Of a DNA stretch of 32,000 nt, positions 8,040 through 17,035 are shown piece after piece (position 1 is the stretch's first letter; the number at the start of each line of letters is the position of its first letter). Under the pieces are notes generated by a model, which saw only the letters and a program-made list of their open reading frames with translations, ran no database searches and had not been told where the DNA came from. Both the position numbers and the translations under genes were made by a program. The stretch is from Candidatus Nanosynbacter lyticus. Its GTDB lineage: Bacteria; Patescibacteriota; Saccharimonadia; Saccharimonadales; Saccharimonadaceae. The stretch covers positions 791,930 through 823,929 of the forward strand of contig NZ_CP124549.1 of the NCBI RefSeq assembly GCF_030253515.1, read 5' to 3'.

Positions 8040-8858
8040 CTACCCTTCAAAAACGCTCTGTACGAACGATACCGCGTCTGCTACACGCTTCACGTTCTCA
8101 CCCTGTTCGCCCGGGCGCATTTCGATTGACACCACGCCCTCATAGCCAATATATTTCAAGGCATCAGCTGCAGCACGATAATCAACATCGTCTCGATCAT
8201 AAACTCGATCAAGCATCGGAGCGCTAACGTGAAAATGCTTCAAGATATCGCCATTGTTTCGTATCGATTCGCCAATATCATCGCCAGCTAACGCCATACA
8301 CGCCGTATCAAGATGCAGACCGATCCCCTCCGAGTTAATCGTACGAACAAGCCGCGCACCTTCATCCGCCGTTGTCACGTAGTCACAATTGTATTGGGGG
8401 GCGTTTGGTTCGATACAGAGCATGGTATTATGCTGCTTGGCAACATCACCAAGCTCGGCAAAGAAGCGGCTTGCGATGCTGTCCGCCTCTTCTACTGACA
8501 TCGCACCGCGCTGTCGATTCTTTGGCGAACCAAACACCAATCGACCAGCACCCATATCCCCAGCCAATCGCAAAAAGTCAGCCATATATTGCCGCATCTC
8601 GTCGCGAAGTTCGCTTGATTCAAATAGCTTTAGGTCAGGGCGCGCAAACAACATCGACTGAAAAGCCACAACCTCAATGTCGTACCCTCTCCACCACTCG
8701 ACATATTCGTTAATTTGCTCGGGAGTCGCCTTGGTTGGATCATCCCAACGCTTCGTCGGCGCGATCTCGACACAGCGTACACCAAGCTCCCGCAGCTTTG
8801 CGGCGACCTCCGCCTCTTCTTCATTTGTCCATGCGATGTTCGATATAGCTAGTTTCAT
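8040..8858 (-). CDS. Sugar phosphate isomerase/epimerase, xylose-isomerase-like TIM barrel
   Basis: MKLAISNIAW...VEIAP...GAGRLVFGSPKNR...LCIEPN...GLHLDTACMALAGDD...HFHVSAP. This is the typical AP_endonuc_2/TIM-barrel metal-ligand pattern (E, D, H, E). Confidence 0.75.
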   Translation of the reverse strand: MKLAISNIAWTNEEEAEVAAKLRELGVRCVEIAPTKRWDDPTKATPEQINEYVEWWRGYDIEVVAFQSMLFARPDLKLFESSELRDEMRQYMADFLRLAGDMGAGRLVFGSPKNRQRGAMSVEEADSIASRFFAELGDVAKQHNTMLCIEPNAPQYNCDYVTTADEGARLVRTINSEGIGLHLDTACMALAGDDIGESIRNNGDILKHFHVSAPMLDRVYDRDDVDYRAAADALKYIGYEGVVSIEMRPGEQGENVKRVADAVSFVQSVFEG

Positions 8859-8873
8859 ATGGTAATTATACCA
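8859..8873 (-). promoter_or_regulatory. Extended -10 TGGTATAAT, 6 nt upstream of the ATG (leaderless-type)
   Basis: The minus strand reads TGGTATAAT-taccat-ATG. TATAAT is at 8865-8870. Confidence 0.55.
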
Positions 8874-8889
8874 CTATTTATCCTATAGG

Positions 8890-9771
8890 CTATGCCGCGA
8901 GACCACACTGCTTTTTGAAGATTTCGATCTCTTTCTTAAGAACCTCCGGGTTCAAAGGACCCCTCATTTCGATTGATACCCAGCCATCGTAATTAGCCCC
9001 TCTGAGAGCATCCATATAGCCTCCCTGAGGAACCTCCGGTGCAACTGAAAGCCGCTTCAGCTCCGGAGCACTGGCATCAATACCGCGTACACTGTCTCTA
9101 TGGTCACGAATCAGCGAAGCCAAATCCCCCGGCGTGTCCCCAGCGCCGAACATCGCCGCTGTATCAGGATGAATTCCAAATCCTGGATGATTGATGCGAT
9201 CAGCCAGTTCCCCGGCCTGTTCTAAGCTTTCCACGAACTTGTTGCCATAGCCTGATAGCGGCTCGAATGCTATCTGGGTATTGTTATCATGGGCCGCAAT
9301 AGCAACTCTACCAAACAGTTTAGCCGCTCTCTCCATAGCCTGCTCGCCACTAAGCTCTCCTGGGTTACGTAACCCCGGCGAGCCAAATGCCATCGAATCT
9401 GCACCGAGTGACCCAGCAAGGTTGGTTAGCCTCTTTAGGTGTTCTGTCAGATTTTTACCCTCTTCTTCAGTGCCGAAAATCTTCGCATTCTCTCCAATCC
9501 CATATGTCAACGATTGCAATCCAACGCACTCTAGACCGAAATTCCCAAGCCTTTTGCGATATTCCCCAGCTTCCCGCTCCAAAGTTTTGAGTCGATCTGT
9601 AAGCTCCTGCCCAGATAGATTGGCAATTTCTGATAAGCTTGGCCAAATAATCGTTGGCGCAACCACAAGACCTTCAACACCACTCTGCGACACGCGGTTT
9701 AGTGCTGCTCGTTGATCTTTACCAAAGGCAATATTCGAGATGGCAAGCTTCATTGACTCCTTCGAACTCAT
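8890..9771 (-). CDS. Sugar phosphate isomerase/epimerase, xylose-isomerase-like TIM barrel (paralog of 8040-8858)
   Basis: ...MKLAISNIAF...ADSMAFGSPGLRN...IAFEPLS...GIHPDTAAMFGAGD...IDASAP is collinear with the neighbouring paralog. ATG 9771 is supported by the TGGTATAAT-N6 signal. An internal ATG at 9753 is an alternative start. Confidence 0.75.
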   Translation of the reverse strand: MSSKESMKLAISNIAFGKDQRAALNRVSQSGVEGLVVAPTIIWPSLSEIANLSGQELTDRLKTLEREAGEYRKRLGNFGLECVGLQSLTYGIGENAKIFGTEEEGKNLTEHLKRLTNLAGSLGADSMAFGSPGLRNPGELSGEQAMERAAKLFGRVAIAAHDNNTQIAFEPLSGYGNKFVESLEQAGELADRINHPGFGIHPDTAAMFGAGDTPGDLASLIRDHRDSVRGIDASAPELKRLSVAPEVPQGGYMDALRGANYDGWVSIEMRGPLNPEVLKKEIEIFKKQCGLAA

Positions 9772-9786
9772 GCCCGCATTATACCA
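9772..9786 (-). promoter_or_regulatory. Extended -10 TGGTATAAT, 6 nt upstream of the ATG (leaderless-type)
   Basis: The minus strand reads TGGTATAAT-gcgggc-ATG. TATAAT is at 9778-9783. Confidence 0.55.
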
Positions 9787-9789
9787 TGA

Positions 9790-10551
9790 TTACTTATTTT
9801 TTGCAACAAATTCCTTGATGCCGGCCAGCTCTTGCTCCTTTGTGTATAGATAGTCACCGTCACCACCATACACCTCAGCATATTTACTATGCATATCCCA
9901 ATAGGCGGGCGTTACTCCCTCCGGCGTGTTAGTAAACTCCATACCAAAGGCAACCTTGGCGACTTCCCGCGTGCTGACTGGTGGCGTCGCAAAATTAACC
10001 AGCGGCAGATTATTCTCTAAAGCAATGGTGATATCGCGCCAAATATTGGCGAGATTATAGTACTGATACATACCATCAGCATGAATTTTTTCAACCATGT
10101 TGTTATTCATCAGATCATAAATAACATTTTTCTTCAGTCCGTCGCCAAATAGCCCCGGCAGGCGAACAATCGTCGTGTCAAAGTTCTCACGGCAGAATTG
10201 CTCAAGATAATATCTATTAACTCCGTATGGTAAAAGTCCTTCGGTTTCAATAGGCGTATCTTCGTTAGCGCCATTTGGGTTTTTATAAACACCGACTGTT
10301 GAAATTAGGACGAGCTTCTTAATCTTTGCCTTTTTGATATGTGAAATAAACCCTTCAATCTCCGCACGGTCAACCTCTGGCTCCTGATTGATCCGCCACA
10401 TTTCAGCACGGTTTGCAGCGCTCACCACCAGGTCGTACTCTTGACCTTCAATGTCAGCTATATTTTTGCTGTTATAATAATCGTCAAACTCGTGTTGACT
10501 CTTTATATTTCCACCGACGAATCCGGTGTACCCAATTAATGCGGTTCTCAT
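9790..10551 (-). CDS. NAD(P)-binding Rossmann protein, NAD-dependent epimerase/dehydratase (atypical SDR) family
   Basis: MRTALIGYTGFVGGNI (a GxxGxxG dinucleotide loop), LISTVGVY, and YGVNRYYLE (a YxxxK-like position with R in place of K). AGGAGG SD lies 8 nt before the ATG. Confidence 0.65.
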   Translation of the reverse strand: MRTALIGYTGFVGGNIKSQHEFDDYYNSKNIADIEGQEYDLVVSAANRAEMWRINQEPEVDRAEIEGFISHIKKAKIKKLVLISTVGVYKNPNGANEDTPIETEGLLPYGVNRYYLEQFCRENFDTTIVRLPGLFGDGLKKNVIYDLMNNNMVEKIHADGMYQYYNLANIWRDITIALENNLPLVNFATPPVSTREVAKVAFGMEFTNTPEGVTPAYWDMHSKYAEVYGGDGDYLYTKEQELAGIKEFVAKNK

Positions 10552-10653
10552 AATATATTCCTCCTATGTCTCATTATGTCAAATTCCATATAAAACACAA
10601 CGATGGCCAGTATGGACATGGAGCGATATCAATTATAGAATGGTTTAGGCACT

Positions 10654-12771
10654 ATGAAGAAACCTAAAATTTTAGGCCAGATAACTCTTAAACAAGCACT
10701 GCTTTTTACCGCAGTATTTATAGGTATTGCCCACTTATTGGTCTTCGTAGGCTACGCTGTGTTCGCAGCTCTCGGGAATGGCCTAGCAATGGATTCCTAT
10801 GCAGCCAATGGGACGTTCCAACTATATAACCCTCTCCGGCGGCTGCTTGATGGTGAAGTTTTAGCACGAGACTTTCCGTTTTTTCACGGGGTAGGAGTTC
10901 CCCTGCTTCATTTCCCCTTGTTTTACATCATGGGGCACAACTTATTTGCTGTAGAGGTTGCAAAGTTACTAGTATCACCACTCATATTCCTCATCTCGTC
11001 TTTCTTGCTATTTTGGGCTTACTTCAAAAATGTAAAGAAAGCGGTCTTTACAACAAGTATATTTACCGTCATTTCACTACTGTGCATCGATGCGATTTGG
11101 GCGGGTAATTCCCTTCTAGGCCTCAGGACGGCGTTTCCATTCATTGCAGCAGCATTTATGTTATGGCACCCAGACTGGCATGTTAACATCGGTAAACATA
11201 AGATGAGAGTCGACTTTTATTATCCTATTCTCTATACCCTCATGGGGATCTCCGTCGCCTGCGGAACCGAACAGGGTCTCGCATTCATTCTTGCTTATGT
11301 ACTCATCAGAGGGGTTCAATATATTCGTTCCAAAGAGATGATAAAAAAGCGAGTGCTGGCATTTATTGGCGAGTTATGTGGTGTAGCACTGGCTACGTAT
11401 GTCGTGCTTTCAATTATGACGCTTGGCCATGCGTATGAGGCACTTTACTATGCACTCGTTGAGGTTTCAGGCGACCAAGGATGGTACTTTGGCGCTCCGC
11501 CGAACAGTTTTTTGCAATTAAGCAATCTTGATCAGTTATTCACCAACCGGATGCTATTCTACATGCTGCCCATCATTATCGGCGGTATTGTTGCCTATAT
11601 AATTGGTGTAAAGAAAGCTCTACTGTCCAAAAAAGAAACGTTCGTTTTCTCTATCTTGCTACTATATGGCCTGGTGGTGTTTGCTGTTTCTGCCACTGGT
11701 TACTGGGCACCCAGTGCGCAGCTCATACCACTGGAGCGAGCAGCAGGAGTTATTCTCGTGGCGATAGCAACTCGTGTGATATATAACCTGATCCGAGCAA
11801 AAAAATCGACTCCTAACGCTAAAAGTAAGGGCTTCTCGGTCTTAGCATTCGGGTTGTTGCTTGGTAGCATCATCGCCCTAGGATATAACACTGCGGTATT
11901 TCTACAAAAAAATGATTGGATGCCGCTAAGACACATTATTACCGAGTCAAAAAAGGCCAGGCATTCTACTGATGATGCTGAATATATCAGCACCGCCTGG
12001 AGGAAGCGCCTCGAGGCCTTTGCTCCACATATTGAAAAGGGGGCACGTGTCTGGTCTACCTACACCAGTGTTTATGATTCGATTCGCCAACAGAAGAATG
12101 GATCTTCGGGGGGTGAAGACTATATTATACACGCCCTAGGCCCCGCCAGAAGAAATCGTTACACTCAAGATTTTATAACACAAAAGCCTGATTACGTCAT
12201 AACCCTAAATCCCTCATATTTTAAATATGAGGAGTGGCTGTGGACTCGTCACTGGGCATTTTATAAGGAGCTTCAGGATAACTACACTATCATTGCAACA
12301 AATGATTCTCATGTTTTGTGGAAACGTCAGGCGAGTACTGTAGTCCAAGAAAAGACGAATCACCCGAAACACCACATACAAAAAGACGCAAACGGAGATT
12401 ATGTCATTACTGCTGGTGCCGCAAACAATATACGCGTGTTTGAAGTGTCGGTTCGCTACAGTGCTAGAAGCGTTCTACCTATGACCGCTAAATTACCCAG
12501 ATACCTCTTAGAGTTATCTGGGTCATCACTACAAAAACATCCTGTGTCGCTACCACAATACGACACGGGCTGGAGCTTCCCTGTGGCGCTGGCACCAAAT
12601 GATTCATCCATACGAATTTCGCCAAAAGTTTATAGTTTGATACCGGGAGCTTCTCTGGAAATACAAGACGTATCTTACCGCGAGGTCACCGCCCAAAACA
12701 ACCTGTACATCTATCAAAGTAACTTTTGCCTACATAACGCTAATAAATGCGAAGGGATTAGTAAACGCTAG
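10654..12771 (+). CDS. Large polytopic membrane protein (~12 TM) with a ~270-aa C-terminal soluble domain; possible GT-C-type glycosyltransferase
   Basis: 705 aa. Hydrophobic helices run through ~residue 430. The first loop carries acidic residues (LLDGEVLARDFPFFHG). No catalytic motif is securely recognised. It lies in the low-GC block. Confidence 0.5.
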   Translation: MKKPKILGQITLKQALLFTAVFIGIAHLLVFVGYAVFAALGNGLAMDSYAANGTFQLYNPLRRLLDGEVLARDFPFFHGVGVPLLHFPLFYIMGHNLFAVEVAKLLVSPLIFLISSFLLFWAYFKNVKKAVFTTSIFTVISLLCIDAIWAGNSLLGLRTAFPFIAAAFMLWHPDWHVNIGKHKMRVDFYYPILYTLMGISVACGTEQGLAFILAYVLIRGVQYIRSKEMIKKRVLAFIGELCGVALATYVVLSIMTLGHAYEALYYALVEVSGDQGWYFGAPPNSFLQLSNLDQLFTNRMLFYMLPIIIGGIVAYIIGVKKALLSKKETFVFSILLLYGLVVFAVSATGYWAPSAQLIPLERAAGVILVAIATRVIYNLIRAKKSTPNAKSKGFSVLAFGLLLGSIIALGYNTAVFLQKNDWMPLRHIITESKKARHSTDDAEYISTAWRKRLEAFAPHIEKGARVWSTYTSVYDSIRQQKNGSSGGEDYIIHALGPARRNRYTQDFITQKPDYVITLNPSYFKYEEWLWTRHWAFYKELQDNYTIIATNDSHVLWKRQASTVVQEKTNHPKHHIQKDANGDYVITAGAANNIRVFEVSVRYSARSVLPMTAKLPRYLLELSGSSLQKHPVSLPQYDTGWSFPVALAPNDSSIRISPKVYSLIPGASLEIQDVSYREVTAQNNLYIYQSNFCLHNANKCEGISKR

Positions 12772-14136
12772 CTATGAGCGACGGCCTTCTTTCTTTGGTC
12801 GGCTTAATATTATCGTGAATAGTCCGGACAGTATCGCCGCAAAAACCGACCAATACATATACCGATAATCAACCGCCACCGCCATAGGAACGTACGCCAC
12901 GATATATATAAGACCCGACAAAGCCACTGCACAGGTAAGGCGTCGTTGCCTATGTTCTCGCACTCTCCTGCTCGTATAGTAAATGAAGACAAGGACAGCA
13001 AGATATAGCCATGGCTGAAAAATCAGAGGGATATTCGCCTGAGCACCGCCTTTAACATATGCCGCTAGACCACTGATGGCATATTCATTCTTTACCGCGG
13101 CACCGACCTGGTTTTGCTCAATGCCGGGCTGAAAAATATACATACGCTCTGGTTGCGGAAAGAGAAATATCGAAAAAGTTGCCAACCGATATGATGCATA
13201 TTTTATTGGATGTCTTATGATCGTCGATAGCCAATCATTAAATACATCTTGATGTTCGTTTTTGAGCGCTTCTCGCTGAGAAGCCGTTGTACATATGATA
13301 TAAGAATTCATGATATCTTTTGTTTTATCGTGACAGGTGTCATGAATTTTTTTGTACATAGACCACCGACCGTGATGTTCTCTATCAAAATTAGCGACGT
13401 GAACTATATCATCAAGTTGTACGGCGGTAATCGGATGAGTTTTTTCGCTAGGCTGATTAATAACAATGGTGACACCAATCGTTACCACTAAACCAATTAT
13501 TACACTAGCAAGACCGCTCCACACAGGAGGTCGCTTGATTAACAAGCTCGGCAATACGAACAGGATAGGCAGTACCGCAAACAATGCGTTATGTCGTAGC
13601 GTACCAGCATAGAGAATCAATAATAGTGCCAGTCCGACGATACCATACACAGCAACACGTCCTAGTGATTTTTTACTGCTTATGATGAACCAGATGAGGA
13701 TTACCGCCAACGTCAGACTGAATGCCATCTGAACATCTTTCCATATCACGCCAGCAATATTCATTATATTGGGCAGTAGTACAATTATGTAGACGGAAAG
13801 AGCCCATGCGCGGTTACGAGTGTGCCGATACACGAGAATCGACAGCATAAACATAGCCGCGACAAGCAGCACCAGCTGAAAAATCAACATCGATGAGATG
13901 TGACCAGTTACTCTAATCAGAAATCCCCACAATCGCGTCATCACTGGCGGATGCCAATCGGTGAGGTGAGCTACGCCCGTGGCTTGCTCAAGCTGACTGA
14001 TGGAGTCGGGTGACATATATCCAGGGTAGAAAACGATGACGAGCAGCATTAGCATACCTGCTGCTACTAACGCAGACTGGATATGAAATTTTGAGAGGCT
14101 ATTTTTTATGCTTGTGATATTTTCCGGCCACCGCAT
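12772..14136 (-). CDS. Polytopic membrane protein, GT-C-like (candidate extracytoplasmic glycosyltransferase)
   Basis: 454 aa. TM1 is followed by the loop FYPGYMSPDSISQLEQATGVAHLTDWHPPVMTRLW, an acidic/aromatic first-loop motif typical of lipid-linked-sugar-using GT-C enzymes, and then ~10 further TMs. The start overlaps the upstream GT2 by 38 nt; an internal ATG is possible. Confidence 0.5.
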   Translation of the reverse strand: MRWPENITSIKNSLSKFHIQSALVAAGMLMLLVIVFYPGYMSPDSISQLEQATGVAHLTDWHPPVMTRLWGFLIRVTGHISSMLIFQLVLLVAAMFMLSILVYRHTRNRAWALSVYIIVLLPNIMNIAGVIWKDVQMAFSLTLAVILIWFIISSKKSLGRVAVYGIVGLALLLILYAGTLRHNALFAVLPILFVLPSLLIKRPPVWSGLASVIIGLVVTIGVTIVINQPSEKTHPITAVQLDDIVHVANFDREHHGRWSMYKKIHDTCHDKTKDIMNSYIICTTASQREALKNEHQDVFNDWLSTIIRHPIKYASYRLATFSIFLFPQPERMYIFQPGIEQNQVGAAVKNEYAISGLAAYVKGGAQANIPLIFQPWLYLAVLVFIYYTSRRVREHRQRRLTCAVALSGLIYIVAYVPMAVAVDYRYMYWSVFAAILSGLFTIILSRPKKEGRRS

Positions 14137-14932
14137 AAAACAACACCTTCAGAACGTGCATATTTCCCTTAATGGGACTAATTTTTGTTGGCGTCTTGCC
14201 CTTTTTTGGATATGTTCGTACCACTGGCGTTTCGGCTGTCTTATACTGTTTACGGCGGCTGCTCTCGATAGCGAGGTAATAATGAAGTTCATAGGTTTGA
14301 AATATATCACGGAATACGGCAATGTCCGGGTCTTTGAGTAGCCTTGCACTGTAAGCACGGAAGCCATTTGTGGTATCGGTATGCTTCTGGCCAGCCGCGA
14401 GGCTTATCAGTGGCGCATGGATCAGGTGAAGGCCTATCTCTCTCGAAAGCGGCGTATTTACCGCCTTGCCGCCCGGTATAAACCGTGAACCCTGAATATG
14501 GTCATACCCCTGATCAAGCAGCTTAATAAAGTCAGGAATTCTCTCTATACTATCCTTGCCATTACCGTCAACAACCACAACGCCTTCATAACCCTCAGAA
14601 AGAGCCCAGGCGAACGCCATTCTCATCTGTGCACTTAACTTACCCTTGCCCCTTTTTGTCAATAAAGCGCGTACGTCTTGAGATTTCAAGAAATCAGCCT
14701 CAAGTGAACCATCAGTGCTACCACCATCAGCTACTACAATATCAATCTGTTTTGCTAATGGCTTCATTTTTTGTAGTTGCTTTTGAACACGCTCTCCCTC
14801 ATTAATGACGAAAATACATACACAATATTTATGTTTTTTCTTGTTTATTTCATTTACCTCAAAGTCTGGAAACTCCCACCCTGGATGATCTCGGCGGATA
14901 CGATCTTGCTTGTTGGTCGGAGCTTTTGTCAT
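14099..14932 (-). CDS. Glycosyltransferase family 2 (soluble, Dpm1/polyprenol-phosphate sugar synthase-like)
   Basis: YCVCIFVINEGERV...IDIVVADGGSTDGS...VVVVDGNGKD (DXD-type). 277 aa. Confidence 0.75.
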   Translation of the reverse strand: MTKAPTNKQDRIRRDHPGWEFPDFEVNEINKKKHKYCVCIFVINEGERVQKQLQKMKPLAKQIDIVVADGGSTDGSLEADFLKSQDVRALLTKRGKGKLSAQMRMAFAWALSEGYEGVVVVDGNGKDSIERIPDFIKLLDQGYDHIQGSRFIPGGKAVNTPLSREIGLHLIHAPLISLAAGQKHTDTTNGFRAYSARLLKDPDIAVFRDIFQTYELHYYLAIESSRRKQYKTAETPVVRTYPKKGKTPTKISPIKGNMHVLKVLFYAVAGKYHKHKK

Positions 14933-15933
14933 GATGTAATATTCTTCCTTTCTGCGTTCGCTAGTGACGTTGTACTACTTAGCTCGTCAAGCACATAATA
15001 CCTGGCATCTCGTCTCGATTCTACTAGTATTTTACCAATGTATTCAGACAGAATTACCATAAATAAAAATAGGATGAAAAACATTCCTGATAGCTCAAGC
15101 GACGTCGACACCCAGCCCTCTGCAACATTCTTTTTGGTGAGAGCTATGACCACAACATAAAGCGCATACATCATATTTACAACACTAGCAAAGAACCCAA
15201 CCCATGACATAAAGCGGAGCGGGTGTGTCGAGTGGCTGGTAATGATATCGAGCGCCTCTAGTGTCCCTCGCCCGAAGCCATGTTTTTTTACAGGATCAAC
15301 CAGAGGTGAATAGGTATACTCGGTATATGAATAGCCGATAGTCCTTATCATGTGCCGAATGTGGCTATCATGTCGAGTTGATAGAGTTATCGCTCGTATG
15401 GCACGACGATTGAGAGATATAAGATATGTTGCTTGTAGTGGAATATCTATATTGATGTATTTGCGATTATACCAATAAAACAACCTGCGACCGATACCAG
15501 ATTTTGACAGAAGGCGCTTTGTGGTTATGTCGGCAACACCCTGCACGATATCGTGTTTTTTATTCGCCTCAACAATGTTCATTACATCCTCTATGCCGTC
15601 AATAGCGGGATTAGTTACTACCGCATAATCGCCAATCGCCCCTTCGAGACCAGCAATAATGGCGATATCATATGTGTATTGTCGAGAGAGGCGGATAAGC
15701 CGCATACACGGCAGTTCATCGAGAAGCCCACTGACAGCAATCACACTATTTTGACCCAAATCATTATCGACAATTATAATCTCATAATTTGTGTAGCTAT
15801 CCATTAATCTCTGTGAAAGCCCACGGCAATAGTCGGGAAAATCATCAAAGTCGCGCGTTACAACAATAACCGACACAAAGATATCTTGTTTACTCGATTT
15901 TTTATTTGTCTTAGTTGAACTATTTTTTGCCAT
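14929..15933 (-). CDS. Glycosyltransferase family 2 with two C-terminal TM helices (GtrB/CsbB-like polyprenyl-phosphate glycosyltransferase)
   Basis: VSVIVVTRDFDD...YEIIIVDNDLGQNS at the N-terminus and two hydrophobic helices at the C-terminus (FMSWVGFFASVVNMMYALYVVVIAL; LELSGMFFILFLFMVILSEYIG). This is the architecture of bactoprenol glycosyltransferases. ATGA overlap with the downstream gene. Confidence 0.7.
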   Translation of the reverse strand: MAKNSSTKTNKKSSKQDIFVSVIVVTRDFDDFPDYCRGLSQRLMDSYTNYEIIIVDNDLGQNSVIAVSGLLDELPCMRLIRLSRQYTYDIAIIAGLEGAIGDYAVVTNPAIDGIEDVMNIVEANKKHDIVQGVADITTKRLLSKSGIGRRLFYWYNRKYINIDIPLQATYLISLNRRAIRAITLSTRHDSHIRHMIRTIGYSYTEYTYSPLVDPVKKHGFGRGTLEALDIITSHSTHPLRFMSWVGFFASVVNMMYALYVVVIALTKKNVAEGWVSTSLELSGMFFILFLFMVILSEYIGKILVESRRDARYYVLDELSSTTSLANAERKNITS

Positions 15934-17035
15934 ATAGCTTGTCTAACTCCTCGTACACATCGTAAATATTATCTAGCTTACCGCCCATTATACAAACATA
16001 CCCATCATAGCCCAAATTGGCCTTAAACAAAATGGGACGGCTATCATCATCTTCGCTCTTAACGAGCACTGTTTTTACCTCAACGATCGACTCCTCATAT
16101 TTCATATCCTTGAGGGCAGGGATAAAGCGCACCACGTCGTTATACATTTGCTTGTAATTGCTCTGGAAAGAACTTTTGTCAAGATACGCATGTGTGTCAA
16201 TTTTCTCAGCCGGCGTATCCTCGTTGTCGATCCATGACTCGTGCGGCGTATACCTGACATGAGAGAGTGTATATAATCCCCTGGAAGGAAATGGCATAAT
16301 GGAAAAAAATGGACCATCCATCACCGTAATACTAAAGTCCTTTAGGTGCTCTGGCAAGCTCACCAAACACATTTCTGTAACTTCATGTTTCAGTCCAACA
16401 AGTGGTATATTTGATGCACGATGGAGCGTGTTGATGTTAGCATACGTGCAATTTAGCACAAAGTCACCCCTGAATTCGCCACCATCAGTGACAACGCACA
16501 GCCCATCTGGCGTTTCATCAATCCTCGTAACACGACAGCCTGTATGAAGCGTTATCCCCGGACGATCGTTAATTTGCCGCAGTAAGTCATCTCTCAGGGC
16601 GTGGGCATTAAAGGCATATTCTTTAACCTTAAAAACTTCTTCAATGAGATTTTTATTAAACATTTTTTGAATGTTTGGCGAAGCTACCGCTATATCTGCC
16701 TTGATCTTATCCGCAAAATTCTTGAATTGATGCGCATTAACCTTGGATAGATGCTTGGCAACAGCATAGTATTTATTAAAATCTGAATGAATTGCTGCCC
16801 CAAATTGCTTTGTGAAGCGCGGAAAATTAACCGCTGAACGATATCCCGTTAGAATACTTCTCGGGTAGTGATAGCCGTTGTGTACCCTGGCTTGGTTAAC
16901 ATATGACGCCCGAGTCATTGTCTGTTTTTCTTTTTCTAAAATATCAATATTCTTGACGCCCAGGGTGTCGTACAGGTACAGCGCTACACTCAATCCATAA
17001 AAACCACCGCCAATTATCACCGTTTTGTTACGCAC
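15920..17035 (-). CDS. FAD-dependent oxidoreductase (DAO-like two-domain fold)
   Basis: N-terminal KTVIIGGGFYGLSVALYL...DILEKE (GxGxxG followed by an acidic residue at the end of beta2). 371 aa. GTG start with GGAG SD 5 nt upstream. Overlaps both neighbours (8 nt and 14 nt). Confidence 0.7.
   Translation of the reverse strand: MRNKTVIIGGGFYGLSVALYLYDTLGVKNIDILEKEKQTMTRASYVNQARVHNGYHYPRSILTGYRSAVNFPRFTKQFGAAIHSDFNKYYAVAKHLSKVNAHQFKNFADKIKADIAVASPNIQKMFNKNLIEEVFKVKEYAFNAHALRDDLLRQINDRPGITLHTGCRVTRIDETPDGLCVVTDGGEFRGDFVLNCTYANINTLHRASNIPLVGLKHEVTEMCLVSLPEHLKDFSITVMDGPFFSIMPFPSRGLYTLSHVRYTPHESWIDNEDTPAEKIDTHAYLDKSSFQSNYKQMYNDVVRFIPALKDMKYEESIVEVKTVLVKSEDDDSRPILFKANLGYDGYVCIMGGKLDNIYDVYEELDKLYGKK

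Noticed and set aside
730-8227. Longer off-frame or antisense ORFs in the GC-richer left part (e.g. 730-1152 +, 3515-3964 -, 3453-3779 -, 7718-8227 +, 8372-8713 +).
   Set aside because: They are fully embedded in much longer ORFs with clear family motifs. Their composition is Arg/Pro/Ser-rich, typical of wrong-frame translation of GC-rich coding DNA. They have no start signals.
9753-9771. Alternative start at ATG 9753 for the second TIM-barrel gene, which would make it begin MKLAISNIA like its paralog.
   Set aside because: The GGAG upstream of 9753 is only 3 nt from the ATG. ATG 9771 has a perfect TGGTATAAT-N6 arrangement like three other genes. I kept 9771, but this is not settled.
207-9790. 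Considered a tRNA-Asn-associated genomic island.
   Set aside because: There is no integrase or recombinase and no visible direct repeat of the tRNA 3' end. The compositional shift starts ~9.5 kb away from the tRNA, and the intervening genes match the GC of the right-hand flank.
15920-17035. Asked whether the FAD protein is UDP-galactopyranose mutase (Glf), a common ~370-aa flavoenzyme in glycan loci.
   Set aside because: Beyond the N-terminal GxGxxG loop, the sequence does not follow the Glf pattern as I recall it. It lacks the ...HIGGN...YGAHIFHT... segment and the C-terminal ...GRLAEYKYYDM.... It looks like a generic DAO-type oxidoreductase instead. A profile search is needed to confirm.
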